The notes below the pieces were generated by a model that saw nothing but the letters and a program-made list of their open reading frames with translations, did no database searches and was not told where the DNA came from. From an uncultured Lachnospiraceae bacterium (lineage in GTDB: Bacteria > Bacillota > Clostridia > Lachnospirales > Lachnospiraceae), in contig CAJTVQ010000002.1 in assembly GCA_910579935.1 (NCBI GenBank), positions 60,405 through 124,404 of the forward strand: a DNA stretch of 64,000 nucleotides. Direction: 5' to 3'. Shown here one piece after another: positions 9,618 through 19,722 of this stretch. The translations under genes and the position numbers were made by a program. Numbering within the stretch: position 1 is the first letter of the stretch; each line of letters begins with the position of its first letter.

Positions 9618-11078
9618 ATGGCAAAAGAATACAGGCATGGCGCATATGTAAAGGAAGTGGGTTCCAGCCTTGCAGCGCCGAGGACAAACGAAACGGGGCT
9701 TCACGTGGTTTTCGGGACTGCGCCGGTAAACATGGTGGAAGAACCGGAAAAAGCAGTGAACCGGCTTATTATGGTAAACACTTTTGAAGAGGCGGAAGAA
9801 AAGCTCGGATATTCCGGGGATTTTGAGAAATATACGCTCTGTCAGGTAATGGACGCATACTTCAAACTGTTTGCGGTGGGACCGGTGGTGTTCTGCAATG
9901 TGCTGGATCCCGCAAAACACAAAAAAGAAAACGAAGAAAAGGAATATCAGGTAGTAAATAAACAGGTAACAGTAGAAGAAATGGGGATCATTCCTTCCAC
10001 GCTGACCGTAAAGACTGCAGACGATACGGCTCTCAAAAGGGAACTGGATTATATTACCTCTTTTGACGAAGAGGAAAAGCTGGTCATCACACTGTTTTCG
10101 TCCGGGAAGGGAGCAAATGCGGCATCCCTTAAAGTGAAATCGTCAAGCGTGGCTCCTGAACTGGTAACGGAAACAGAAATCATTGGAGGGGTGGATGTGG
10201 CCACGGGAAAGGAAACGGGGCTGGAACTGGTGCGGCGGGTATACCCGAAGTGTGGCTGGTTCCCCGGCTATATCATGGCGCCCGGATGGAGCCATAAAAA
10301 AGCCGTGGCAGCAGTCATGGCGGCAAAATGCAGGGAAATAAACGGCGTGTTCCGCTGTGAATGTCTGATAGACCTTGACACGGAAGCGGCAAAACGGTAT
10401 ACGGACTGCAAAAAGGTGAAGGAAGAGAACGGCCTGTCAAGCGAGTCCATGATAGTGCTGTATCCGATGGTACTGGCCGGAGGGAAGAAGTATTATTACT
10501 CCGCGGTATATGGCGCAATGACAGCGCAGACGGATGCGGACAACGATTCCGTGCCTTCCGTGTCGCCGTCAAACCGCCTGCTGAATGCGGACGGTGCGGT
10601 ACTGGCCGACGGAACGGAACTATGGCTCGACCAGCCGGAAGCGAACATGCTGAACGGGCAGGGGATCGTGACCGTACTGAACAGCGGGGGGATGCGCAGC
10701 TGGGGAAACAACACGGCGGCCTATCCGGACGTAACGGAAACAAAGGACAGGTGGATCAGCTGCCGCAGGGCTTTTTCCTGGTGGGGGAACACTTTTATCG
10801 TGACGTGCAGCGAGAAAGTGGACAGCCCGGCAAATTACAGGCTGATAGAATCCATTGTGGACGCGGAGAATATCCGCGGAAACAGCTACGTGCAGCAGGG
10901 CAAGTTTGCAGGGATAAGGATGGAGTACCACGGACAGGATAACAGCCCGGAGGAACTGTTGGAGGGGAAGATAGAGGTAAAACAGTATATCGCACCTTTC
11001 ACGCCCGCGGAATACATACTGAATACCCTGTCATTTGACCCCGCACTGCTTGAGAATTCGTTAGGAGGTAGCAATTAA
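9618..11078 (+). CDS. Contractile tail sheath protein
   Basis: YRHGAYVKE, FGTAPVN, APGWSH, SPSN, WGNNTAAYP. Confidence 0.93.
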   Translation: MAKEYRHGAYVKEVGSSLAAPRTNETGLHVVFGTAPVNMVEEPEKAVNRLIMVNTFEEAEEKLGYSGDFEKYTLCQVMDAYFKLFAVGPVVFCNVLDPAKHKKENEEKEYQVVNKQVTVEEMGIIPSTLTVKTADDTALKRELDYITSFDEEEKLVITLFSSGKGANAASLKVKSSSVAPELVTETEIIGGVDVATGKETGLELVRRVYPKCGWFPGYIMAPGWSHKKAVAAVMAAKCREINGVFRCECLIDLDTEAAKRYTDCKKVKEENGLSSESMIVLYPMVLAGGKKYYYSAVYGAMTAQTDADNDSVPSVSPSNRLLNADGAVLADGTELWLDQPEANMLNGQGIVTVLNSGGMRSWGNNTAAYPDVTETKDRWISCRRAFSWWGNTFIVTCSEKVDSPANYRLIESIVDAENIRGNSYVQQGKFAGIRMEYHGQDNSPEELLEGKIEVKQYIAPFTPAEYILNTLSFDPALLENSLGGSN

Positions 11079-11611
11079 TGAAGACAGTAAACGGATATAA
11101 TATACCAACGGTAACAAATACTTATAATGTGTACAGGAAAGGAAATGCACTGATCGGGATGTCCAATGACATCACGATACCGGATTTCAATGCGATCACG
11201 GAGGAAATGTCAGGTTCCGGACTGCTTGGAAAGATACAGGAGGCAGTAATGGGGCATTTTGACAGCCAGGAGATGGAAATCGGGTTCTCAAATCTGGACG
11301 ATGACATTTTTTCCTTTGCAGATCCTTTGGAAGTTGTCGATCTGAACCTGCGCGCATCACAGCAGACCCTGGACAAAGGCGGGGGAAGGGCAGGTTACAG
11401 GAGCGTCCGCATTGCAGTGCGCGGGAAACTGAAATCCTTCAAACCGGGCGTGCTGAAGCAGGGAGGCAGTATGGGCGCGTCTATCACACTGGAAATACAT
11501 TACATCATGATCGAGATTGACGGGGAAACACAGTTGGAGTTGGACAAACTGAACTCCGTCTATCGTGTGGGCGGTAAGGATATCATGGAGGAAATGAGGA
11601 AGTACTGCTAG
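11078..11611 (+). CDS. Tail tube protein (P2 FII-like)
   Basis: 177 aa after sheath; ELDKLNSVYRVGGKD C-terminus. Confidence 0.9.
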   Translation: MKTVNGYNIPTVTNTYNVYRKGNALIGMSNDITIPDFNAITEEMSGSGLLGKIQEAVMGHFDSQEMEIGFSNLDDDIFSFADPLEVVDLNLRASQQTLDKGGGRAGYRSVRIAVRGKLKSFKPGVLKQGGSMGASITLEIHYIMIEIDGETQLELDKLNSVYRVGGKDIMEEMRKYC

Positions 11612-11642
11612 GCTGGCAGGGAAATATACTGAAAAACAGTTA

Positions 11643-11675
11643 ATGAAAGACGCTTGGAAATAAGCGTCTTTTCAT
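11643..11675 (+). terminator. Hairpin terminator/attenuator after tail tube gene
   Basis: ATGAAAGACGCTT-GGAAAT-AAGCGTCTTTTCAT inverted repeat. Confidence 0.75.
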
Positions 11676-11705
11676 ATATAAAAAATTATTCAGGAGGAAA
11701 AGAAA

Positions 11706-12062
11706 GTGGAAAACGAAAAATTGTTACAGGAACAGGAAACAGAAGAGATGAAGGATGAAGGGATTGTGGATGTGCAGGAGTACATGAAGGTAACACTGTC
11801 AAAACCGTACAGACTGGACGGAAAAGAAATCAGAGAAATCGATATGAACGGGTTAGAAGACCTTACAGGAGGTGACATGATTGCGATCAACCGTATGATG
11901 AAAAAGAGGGGAAATGTGGACGCGTCCCCGGAATTCACACTGGAATTTGCTTTCTTTGCGGCGATGCAGGCAACAGGGCTTCCGCTGGAATTCTTTTATG
12001 GCCTGTCCATGAAAGACAGCATAAAAGTAAAGATGCGGGTAAATTATTTTTTAATGTACTAG
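11706..12062 (+). CDS. Tail assembly chaperone (gpG/E-like)
   Basis: LSKPYRLDG and LEDLTGGDM motifs; between tube and tape measure. Confidence 0.88.
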   Translation: MENEKLLQEQETEEMKDEGIVDVQEYMKVTLSKPYRLDGKEIREIDMNGLEDLTGGDMIAINRMMKKRGNVDASPEFTLEFAFFAAMQATGLPLEFFYGLSMKDSIKVKMRVNYFLMY

Positions 12063-12235
12063 GGATGCCCCCGGAAGATATCGGGGACGTCCGGAGAATC
12101 ATGATCATACTGTCAAGGAACATGGGAACCGGGCTGGATTTCCTTTACAACCAGCCCCTGTCAGAAACCATCCTGATCGCGTGGGAATGGGGAAAAATAT
12201 GGAAGGAAGCGAAGAAAAATGGCGGCAAAGAATAG
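12047..12235 (+). CDS. -1 frameshift extension of tail assembly chaperone (gpGT/E'-like)
   Basis: Slippery T TTT TTA at 12047-12053; -1 frame stays open to TAG 12233-12235; GC-rich hairpin follows. Confidence 0.8.
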   Translation, partial: FFNVLGMPPEDIGDVRRIMIILSRNMGTGLDFLYNQPLSETILIAWEWGKIWKEAKKNGGKE

Positions 12236-15200
12236 TGAATACCGCATGGCGATAAAAATAGCAGGCGAAATGGAGAAATCCCTGTATAACTGCACGGACC
12301 TTACAAGAAAGGAACTGAACAAGATCGCGAAGGAAGCCGCCAGCGCTTCCTCCAGGACAAAAGGCACGTTCAGGCAGGGATTGAAGGAAACGGAGCCTTT
12401 TTTCGATGGACTGGAGAAAGTGGGGAAAAAGACCTTCCAGGCAGTTGCTGCAGCAGCGGCGGCTGCCGGAACAACCATCATAGGGATAGGCACGGCGTCC
12501 GCACAGGCCGGCATCGCATTTGAAACGGCATTTGCAGGAGTGAAGAAGACAACAACAGCCACGGCAGAGGAATACGCGCAGATCCGCGAGGAGATCATAG
12601 GCATGACAAGGGAAATCCCTGCAACGGGGATTGAAATTTCAGCAGTTGCGGAAGCCGCCGGACAGCTTGGCATAGAAAAGGAAAACCTGCTTGCGTTTAC
12701 AAGGACGATGGTGGATCTGGGAAATGTGGCAAATGACCTTTCGTCCGAAGAGGCGGCAACCGCGCTGGCAAAGTTCGCAAATATCACGGGAATGAGTCCG
12801 GAAGATTACGGAAGGCTGGGTTCCACCATCGTGGAACTCGGAAATAATGCGGCGACAACAGAGTCGGCCATCGTGGAAATGGCAACAAGGCTGGCGTCGG
12901 CGGGAGAACTGGCGGGATTTTCGGAAGCACAGATCATGGCAACCGCAACGGCAATATCCAGTGTGGGTATCGAAGCAGATGCCGGCGGTTCCGCAATGAG
13001 CAAGATGATAAAAAAAGTACAGGTTGCAGTGGAGACAGGAAATAAGAGTCTGAAGGATTATGCGAGAGTTGCGGGAATGTCGGTCAGTAAGTTCAAGGAG
13101 GAGTTCCAAAAGGATGGACTTTCGGCGGTCGCGGCTTTCATAAGCGGATTAAATAACATAGAGAGAAACGGAAAATCAGCAACAGTTATTTTGGATGAAA
13201 TGGGGCTTACAGAAGTAAGGCTCAGCAATGTCCTGACAAGTCTGGCCAATGCGGGTGATGTCTTTTCGGACGCTGTTGAGATGGCAAACAGGGCATGGGA
13301 AGAAAACACGGCAATTACAGAAAGGGCAGCGCAGAAGTACGATACAACGGAAAATAAAATCGCTGTCATGAAGAACAGTTTCACGGAAATGGGCATCGCC
13401 ATGTATGACCAGTTCAACGGACCGATGCGGGATGGAATAGATATGATCACAGGGATGGTGCAGGATGCCACGGCGGACGCGGGGAATCTGGCAAAGGGAA
13501 TAGCAAAAGGGGTTCCGACGGCGGTGCGCATGGTGGGACAGATGGCAAATGCGGTTGGCAGTCTGGCCGGTCCGTTCCTTTCGGTCGGCGGATGGCTGGC
13601 GGAAAATCCGGGACTGCTGGAAGGAACCATTGCCGGGGTAGGTTCCGCACTGCTTTCATATAAGGTTGCAAACGGGATAAGTTCACTGGTAACGGCGTTT
13701 GGTTCACTCAGTGCGGCATCCCTGCCTGTTTTTGGACTTGCGGGTGTGGCTGCGGTTATCGGCGGCGTTACGGTGGCGGTCAAAAAGGCGGCAGCAGAGG
13801 CAAAAAGAGCCAGCCTGGATGCCCATTTTGGCAAAATCACACTCTCCATGCAGGAACTGGAAGATGTGGCAGCATACATCATTCAGAACAACAGCTTCGG
13901 ACAGTTGGAAGAGGCTATAAGTCAGCTGGGGAAACTGGAAGGGATTAACGACAGCATAGATGACAGCATATCTGAACTGAACCGGATGAACTGGAAGGTT
14001 TCAATCGGAATGGAGTTAAAGGAGGATGAAAATTCACAGTACCAGCAGCATATAGCGGGATACATTGCGGACATGCAGCAGTATATAGAGCAGGAGCAGT
14101 ACGGAATAACCCTGTCAGTCGGGGTTCTGACGGGGGAGGAACTGGAAGAAAGCAATATTGTGACCCGGCTGAATGAATTTTATTCCAATAAGAGCGCGGA
14201 ACTGGCAAGGCTGGGAAGGGAACTGAATGAAACCGTGACGGAGGCATTTAAAGACGGCCTGCTTGATCTTGATGAGTCACAGACGATAGCGGACCTGCAA
14301 CGCCAAATGGCCAGTGTAAAAGCTTCCCTTGCATCGGGAAGCTACGAGGCAAACCTCGACCTTCTCGGACTAAAATATTCCGAAGGGGAACTGGATGCGG
14401 AGAGTTTTCAGAACCTTATGACGGAAATCAATAACCAGCAGGTGGATGCAAGGGAAAAATACGATGAGGCATATATTACTTCAAAACAGGCATTAAATTC
14501 CGAACTAAAGGACGGGAGCATTACAAAAGAGCAATACGATTCCGATGTAAAGGCACTGGAAGAAGGGTACCGGAAGCAGGTTGGGGAAATAGATGTGAAG
14601 GCTGCAGATTTTGTAATGAACACCATCATGCAGCAGTATGGAAGCGAAATCGGGACGCGCGTGGAAGATATGGAGACCATGTTCGGAGAATTACTGACAG
14701 CAGGAATGGAACAGACGGACGCTTCCGGAAATGGCATCACTGCATGGGATGCGGAAAATATGGCACGGAATTTGGGCGGAAAACTGGAAGGTGCAGACGG
14801 GGACGCATTGGCAGAATTATGGAAACAGGCGATACCAATGTATATACAGGCAGTAGAAACCATGCAGAAATATGCGCAGTCAGGGGGAGACATACCGGAA
14901 GAATTAAAGGAAATTGTTAAAAGGGGCGGTGCTATCGGTGTGCTTGCGGGAGATTATGAAAGTATATATCCGGCATTGGGAGCGGCGGCGAATGAAAGTG
15001 AAGAATATGAAGATATCATGAAAAAGCTGCAGGAAAAGGAAGTGTATATTCCCGAACAGATAGCGGCATCCATAAGCGGAAACACAGTTGCAGTGGACGA
15101 AGCAGTGCAGGGAATATGGGACTATACGGTACAACTGCTGAAAGACCAGTTTGGCGTTCCCATTGATTTGGAAATGATGCTAAAACCGAAGATGAAGATG

Positions 15201-15650
15201 GGGGATTTACAGCCTTTGAAAATACAATCCGTTCCAGCAGACGCAATAAAGATAGCAACCCACGCAGACGGCGGATTCGTAACCAGCCCGACCATATCAT
15301 GGCTTGCAGAGGGCGGATATCCGGAATCCGTCATACCCATTGACGGTTCGCAGAATGCTCTGAACCTTTGGCAGAAAACGGGCGAGATGCTTGGTGCGTT
15401 TGACAGGAAGAGCAGGTTCCAGGAACTGAAGGAGAATCTGATGGAAAGTTATGCAGCAGGCGGCAGCATATCGAATTCGGTGGACAATTCGGAGGAAAAC
15501 AGGAACTTCGTATTCAGTCCCACCATACAGATTAATGGGGGAAATACCGGACGGGGGGAACTGGATGAAGCGCTGCACATGGCAATGGAGGAATTTGAAT
15601 CCATGATGAAGAAATATATAAGGAATAAAGAACGCTTTAGCTTTTCGTAA
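12219..15650 (+). CDS. Tail tape measure protein
   Basis: 1143 aa, Ala-rich; FETAFAGVKKT, AEAAGQLGI, HADGGFV...AEGGYPESVIP. Confidence 0.95.
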   Translation: MAAKNSEYRMAIKIAGEMEKSLYNCTDLTRKELNKIAKEAASASSRTKGTFRQGLKETEPFFDGLEKVGKKTFQAVAAAAAAAGTTIIGIGTASAQAGIAFETAFAGVKKTTTATAEEYAQIREEIIGMTREIPATGIEISAVAEAAGQLGIEKENLLAFTRTMVDLGNVANDLSSEEAATALAKFANITGMSPEDYGRLGSTIVELGNNAATTESAIVEMATRLASAGELAGFSEAQIMATATAISSVGIEADAGGSAMSKMIKKVQVAVETGNKSLKDYARVAGMSVSKFKEEFQKDGLSAVAAFISGLNNIERNGKSATVILDEMGLTEVRLSNVLTSLANAGDVFSDAVEMANRAWEENTAITERAAQKYDTTENKIAVMKNSFTEMGIAMYDQFNGPMRDGIDMITGMVQDATADAGNLAKGIAKGVPTAVRMVGQMANAVGSLAGPFLSVGGWLAENPGLLEGTIAGVGSALLSYKVANGISSLVTAFGSLSAASLPVFGLAGVAAVIGGVTVAVKKAAAEAKRASLDAHFGKITLSMQELEDVAAYIIQNNSFGQLEEAISQLGKLEGINDSIDDSISELNRMNWKVSIGMELKEDENSQYQQHIAGYIADMQQYIEQEQYGITLSVGVLTGEELEESNIVTRLNEFYSNKSAELARLGRELNETVTEAFKDGLLDLDESQTIADLQRQMASVKASLASGSYEANLDLLGLKYSEGELDAESFQNLMTEINNQQVDAREKYDEAYITSKQALNSELKDGSITKEQYDSDVKALEEGYRKQVGEIDVKAADFVMNTIMQQYGSEIGTRVEDMETMFGELLTAGMEQTDASGNGITAWDAENMARNLGGKLEGADGDALAELWKQAIPMYIQAVETMQKYAQSGGDIPEELKEIVKRGGAIGVLAGDYESIYPALGAAANESEEYEDIMKKLQEKEVYIPEQIAASISGNTVAVDEAVQGIWDYTVQLLKDQFGVPIDLEMMLKPKMKMGDLQPLKIQSVPADAIKIATHADGGFVTSPTISWLAEGGYPESVIPIDGSQNALNLWQKTGEMLGAFDRKSRFQELKENLMESYAAGGSISNSVDNSEENRNFVFSPTIQINGGNTGRGELDEALHMAMEEFESMMKKYIRNKERFSFS

Positions 15651-15662
15651 AAGGAGGAAATC

Positions 15663-15851
15663 ATGTACATAACCAAACAGGGGCAGGCCTGGGACCAGAT
15701 AGCAAAGGAAGTATATGGAAAAGAGACACATGCGGATTATCTCATGCAGAGCAATCCGCAGTATTTAGGGATTTTTGTTTTTTCCGCAGGTACGGAGCTG
15801 AATACGCCGAAGCTTCCGGAATCAAGAAAAGACCTGCCGCCATGGAGGTAA
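15663..15851 (+). CDS. Tail protein X (LysM-like)
   Basis: YITKQGQAWDQIAKEVYG...LPPWR. Confidence 0.9.
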   Translation: MYITKQGQAWDQIAKEVYGKETHADYLMQSNPQYLGIFVFSAGTELNTPKLPESRKDLPPWR

Positions 15852-15854
15852 GGT

Positions 15855-17123
15855 ATGGCGGAGGCAAGAAGGGCAGAAGTGGAAATCACCTATGAGGGGA
15901 AAAACATAACAACACCGATCAATGAATATCTTGAAAGTTATACCTATGAAGATATTGCCTCGGGGGAGAGCGACCGGATAAAGATAAGCCTCCATGATAT
16001 CGGGAAACAGTGGATGGATGAGTGGATGCCTTCCAAGGGAGACAGGGTAAGCAGTACGCTTGTCCTCCGTAATTGGGATGCAGACGGGACGGAGGAGCGG
16101 CTTTACTGCGGTGAGTTCGAAGTGGATGACATGTCATTCAGCGGCCGGCCGTTAAAATGCGAAATAGGCGCGGTATCCATCCCGAGGGACGAACCGTTCA
16201 ATGCGCAGCTGCGGACGAAGACATGGGAGGGTATTACGGTCCGGCAGATTGCGCAGGAGATAGCAGGGCGTGCGGGCGTGGAACTTTATTATGAAGCGGA
16301 GGATATACCCGTGGAAATCATCGAGCAGAACGAGGAAACCGACTGCAAATTCCTGTATTCGGTATGCGGGGATTACGGACTTGCCATGAAGGTATATGCC
16401 AGTAAGATCATAATATTCGATGAGGAGACTTATGAGGGCAGGGCAAGCGTAAGAAGCATTGACGAAAAAGACATGTCGGGATGGAGTTATAATTCAACGA
16501 TGGCCGGTACTTATACGGGTGCGGCAATCCGGTTTACGGATCCGAACGATGAAGAGGAATATTCCGTGATGATAGGAGGCGGGAGCCGCATTCTGGAAAT
16601 CAATGAAAATACGGACAGCATCGAGGACGCGGAGCGGAAGGGGATTGCAAGGCTGAACGAAGAAAATAAAAAAGCGGTTACGATGGAAATAACCATGAAA
16701 ACGGATATGAAGGTTTTGGCGGGAACCTGCATTGACGTGACAGGGCTGGGAGGAAAGATAAGTGGAAAGTATTACGTGGACAAGGCATCCACGAAGAAAA
16801 GCGGAAGCGGAACCTGTCAGACAAAGCTGGAACTGCACAGGGTTGTGCCGCGCATAAAGAGCGCGTCCATAAATACGGTAGAACAGGCGGCGGCAGACGG
16901 GGCCGCAGCAGGCACACAGTATACCGTGGTACAGGGGGACACCCTTTGGAGGATTGCGGGACAGTTTTATGGAAGCGGGATGAAATATGAGGACATTTAC
17001 AATGCGAACATGGAAATCATAGAAAGCGTGGCGAAGGAAAGGGGGAAAAAGGATTCCAGTCACGGGCACTGGATATTCCCCGGCACCACGCTGACAATAC
17101 CACCGGGGGAGGCGGGAAATTGA
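15855..17123 (+). CDS. Baseplate hub / late control D protein with C-terminal LysM
   Basis: EQNEETDCKFL hub motif; YTVVQGDTLWRIA...WIFPGTTLTIP LysM. Confidence 0.88.
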   Translation: MAEARRAEVEITYEGKNITTPINEYLESYTYEDIASGESDRIKISLHDIGKQWMDEWMPSKGDRVSSTLVLRNWDADGTEERLYCGEFEVDDMSFSGRPLKCEIGAVSIPRDEPFNAQLRTKTWEGITVRQIAQEIAGRAGVELYYEAEDIPVEIIEQNEETDCKFLYSVCGDYGLAMKVYASKIIIFDEETYEGRASVRSIDEKDMSGWSYNSTMAGTYTGAAIRFTDPNDEEEYSVMIGGGSRILEINENTDSIEDAERKGIARLNEENKKAVTMEITMKTDMKVLAGTCIDVTGLGGKISGKYYVDKASTKKSGSGTCQTKLELHRVVPRIKSASINTVEQAAADGAAAGTQYTVVQGDTLWRIAGQFYGSGMKYEDIYNANMEIIESVAKERGKKDSSHGHWIFPGTTLTIPPGEAGN

Positions 17124-17848
17124 GGAAGACAGGAACGGGATTAAGGATTGGGAAAGTATCAAGCATTGACTACAAAACCGGCATGATGCAGGTTGTATAT
17201 ACGGACAAGGCGGATGCAGTAACGGCCAGGCTTCCATACGCCAATTTCAACAACGAATATTGTATGCCGAAAATCGGGGAACGGGTTCTGGTCGTACATA
17301 TGTCTAACGGAAGCAGCAGGGGCGTGGTGATCGGAACCATATGGAACAAAAAGAACATTCCGCCGGAACACGGGAAGGGGCTGTACAGGAAAGAACTTTC
17401 AAAAAAGCAGGGAGCCGCATATGTGCGGTTCGACGAAAACAGCGGTGAATATCTTGTCAGGGTACCGGTTGTCCTGCTTCACGGAATCGACCGGACGGAT
17501 CTGGAAGGGCCGGAAGTGAACATAGCGGCGAATGTAAGGACGGGTTTTGAAAGTCCGGAGCATAAAGCCGTTGTCCGCAGTGTGCATGTGGAAGGGCTGG
17601 AGGGGGAAGACATCACCGCCGGGATTGCCAATAACGTGAAAATTGTAATGGACTCCGGGCAGCTGGAGGCGCTGGTAAAAGGAATCGTACTGGAGACAGT
17701 GGAGGCATTGGAGGTAAAAGCCGGTGATGGAATAAAACTATCGGCAGGGAGTGATGTGGAGCTGGAAGACGGGAAGTTCGCAACGACCCTTTCCGCCATA
17801 CTGGAACGGCTGGAAGCGCTGGACGGTGACAGGAGTGCAAGGAAGTAG
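17120..17848 (+). CDS. Baseplate spike (gpV-like)
   Basis: RIGKVSSID, MPKIGERVLV, GVVIG; TTG start. Confidence 0.85.
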   Translation: MRKTGTGLRIGKVSSIDYKTGMMQVVYTDKADAVTARLPYANFNNEYCMPKIGERVLVVHMSNGSSRGVVIGTIWNKKNIPPEHGKGLYRKELSKKQGAAYVRFDENSGEYLVRVPVVLLHGIDRTDLEGPEVNIAANVRTGFESPEHKAVVRSVHVEGLEGEDITAGIANNVKIVMDSGQLEALVKGIVLETVEALEVKAGDGIKLSAGSDVELEDGKFATTLSAILERLEALDGDRSARK

Positions 17849-17859
17849 GGGATGGAACC

Positions 17860-18249
17860 ATGGTAGGGAAATATGGAAGCATTATATTTGAAACAAATGA
17901 TAAGAGGATACTTGCTTTCCGGGATTTTACGCAGAACGTGAGCGGAAGGTGGGGAAACCACTCCATAATAGGGAAACGGGAAAAGATGGAGTTTAACGGT
18001 CCAGGGAAGCGGAAAATAACATTTAAGATGACCTTTCATGCGCTGTACGGAGTCCGCCCGCGTGAAATGCTGGAAAAACTGGAAGCCATGGTGGAAAGGG
18101 GGGAGGTTGACTACCTGATAGTGGGGGGAAGGTCCATAGGCGGGAACCGTTTTGCCGTTACTTCCATAAGCGAGGCATGGAATACGGTATACAGCGGCGG
18201 GGAACTGGCCATGGCCACGGTATCGGTCACATTGGAGGAATACGTGTAA
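17860..18249 (+). CDS. Tail protein (P2 gpU-like)
   Basis: H..IG..EF.GP motif; ends VTLEEY. Confidence 0.85.
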   Translation: MVGKYGSIIFETNDKRILAFRDFTQNVSGRWGNHSIIGKREKMEFNGPGKRKITFKMTFHALYGVRPREMLEKLEAMVERGEVDYLIVGGRSIGGNRFAVTSISEAWNTVYSGGELAMATVSVTLEEYV

Positions 18250-18262
18250 TAAGGAGGCGGGC

Positions 18263-18577
18263 ATGTTTTCAGCAGAAGATATAAAAATACAGTTTGATTA
18301 TGACGGGCCGGAGAGGGAGGATATTCTCCGCTGCCTGAATATGCTGTACTCCACGAGGGAAGGAAGCCAGCCGCTGGACCGGAACTTTGGCCTTAATTGG
18401 GAATTTATTGATAAGCCGCTGCCGGTGGCACAGCAGGAATACAGTTTTGAGGTAATAAGGAAAACAAGGGAGTACGAAACAAGGGTGAAGGTAAAGGAAG
18501 TCAGTTATGTGTTTGACGGGGAAAACGGAAAAATGAAGCCGGTAATCGTACTGGTGAAGGGAGGGGAATCAGGATGA
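18263..18577 (+). CDS. Baseplate wedge protein (gpW/gp25-like)
   Basis: STREGSQPLDRNFGL, YETRV. Confidence 0.85.
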   Translation: MFSAEDIKIQFDYDGPEREDILRCLNMLYSTREGSQPLDRNFGLNWEFIDKPLPVAQQEYSFEVIRKTREYETRVKVKEVSYVFDGENGKMKPVIVLVKGGESG

Positions 18578-19722
18578 GCCTGAAGGTGCTGGAAAATTAT
18601 CCGGATATCAATTTTATAGAGGATATGACGCTGGAAGACATGAAGGAGCAGCTGATAAGGGATTTCCAGGAAAAGTATGCGGAAATAACAGGACAGGAGA
18701 TTGTACTTGCAAAAGCGGATCCTGTGAGACTGGTGTTGTATGCGGCGGCATTACAGCTTTATCAGGGAATGCGGTACATAGACAACGCAGCCAAGCAGTC
18801 GTTTCTGAAGTACTCGTATGGAAATTTTTTGGAAAACCTTGGAGCGCTGAAGGGAATTACTCGGAATCCGGGAACATCCGCGAGAACGGTATTGCGTTTC
18901 ACCTTATCGGAAGCGAGGGAAGGGGCTACGGTAATTCCGATGGGAACCCGTGTTTCGCCGGGAGGGAACATGTTTTTTTATACGGAGGGGGAATGCGTGA
19001 TTCCGGCAGGGGAGATATCGGCAGACATTCCGGCGGTATGCACGGAAGCGGGTGAAGGGGGGAACGGTTATGTTGAGGGAAGCATAAAAACGCTTGTGGA
19101 TAAGATACCTTTTGTGGCAGGGGTACTGAATGTGGAAAAAACGGACGGGGGAGCAGAGATTGAAAGTGATGAAAATCTTGCGGAGAGGATTTACCTGGCA
19201 CCGTCCAAGTATTCCGTGGCAGGGCCGGACGATGCCTATAAATACTGGGTAAAGACATACAATCCCTCCATTTCGGACGTAAAGGTAACATCCCCCTCTC
19301 CGGGCGATGTGGACATACGGTTCGTGATCGGAGACGGGGAAATACCGGAACAGGGCATGGTGGAAGATGTGGGGGAATTTCTGATGAGGGGAGAACTCCG
19401 GCCGCTGACGGACAGGGTTACGGTAGGCATTCCGGAAATATACCGGTTTCGCGTGTCAGTAAAATACTGGATAAACGAAAGTGACAAGACAAAGGAAGCC
19501 GCCATCCGCAGGGGCGTGGAAGAGGCGGTGCAGGGTTTTTCACACTGGCAGAAAAAACAGATAGGAAGGGATATCAACCCGTCCTACTTAAGCCATCTGA
19601 TGGTCCAGGCAGGGGCAAAGAGAGTGGAGATCGATGAGCCGGTATTTACGGTGGTGGGAGATACGGGACTGGCAGTCATGGAAACGCAGAATATTGTATA
19701 TGGGGGGATAGAACGTGATTGA
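18574..19722 (+). CDS. Baseplate J/gp47 protein
   Basis: GGAEIESDENL, SVAGPDDAY, RPLTDRV. Confidence 0.93.
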   Translation: MSLKVLENYPDINFIEDMTLEDMKEQLIRDFQEKYAEITGQEIVLAKADPVRLVLYAAALQLYQGMRYIDNAAKQSFLKYSYGNFLENLGALKGITRNPGTSARTVLRFTLSEAREGATVIPMGTRVSPGGNMFFYTEGECVIPAGEISADIPAVCTEAGEGGNGYVEGSIKTLVDKIPFVAGVLNVEKTDGGAEIESDENLAERIYLAPSKYSVAGPDDAYKYWVKTYNPSISDVKVTSPSPGDVDIRFVIGDGEIPEQGMVEDVGEFLMRGELRPLTDRVTVGIPEIYRFRVSVKYWINESDKTKEAAIRRGVEEAVQGFSHWQKKQIGRDINPSYLSHLMVQAGAKRVEIDEPVFTVVGDTGLAVMETQNIVYGGIERD

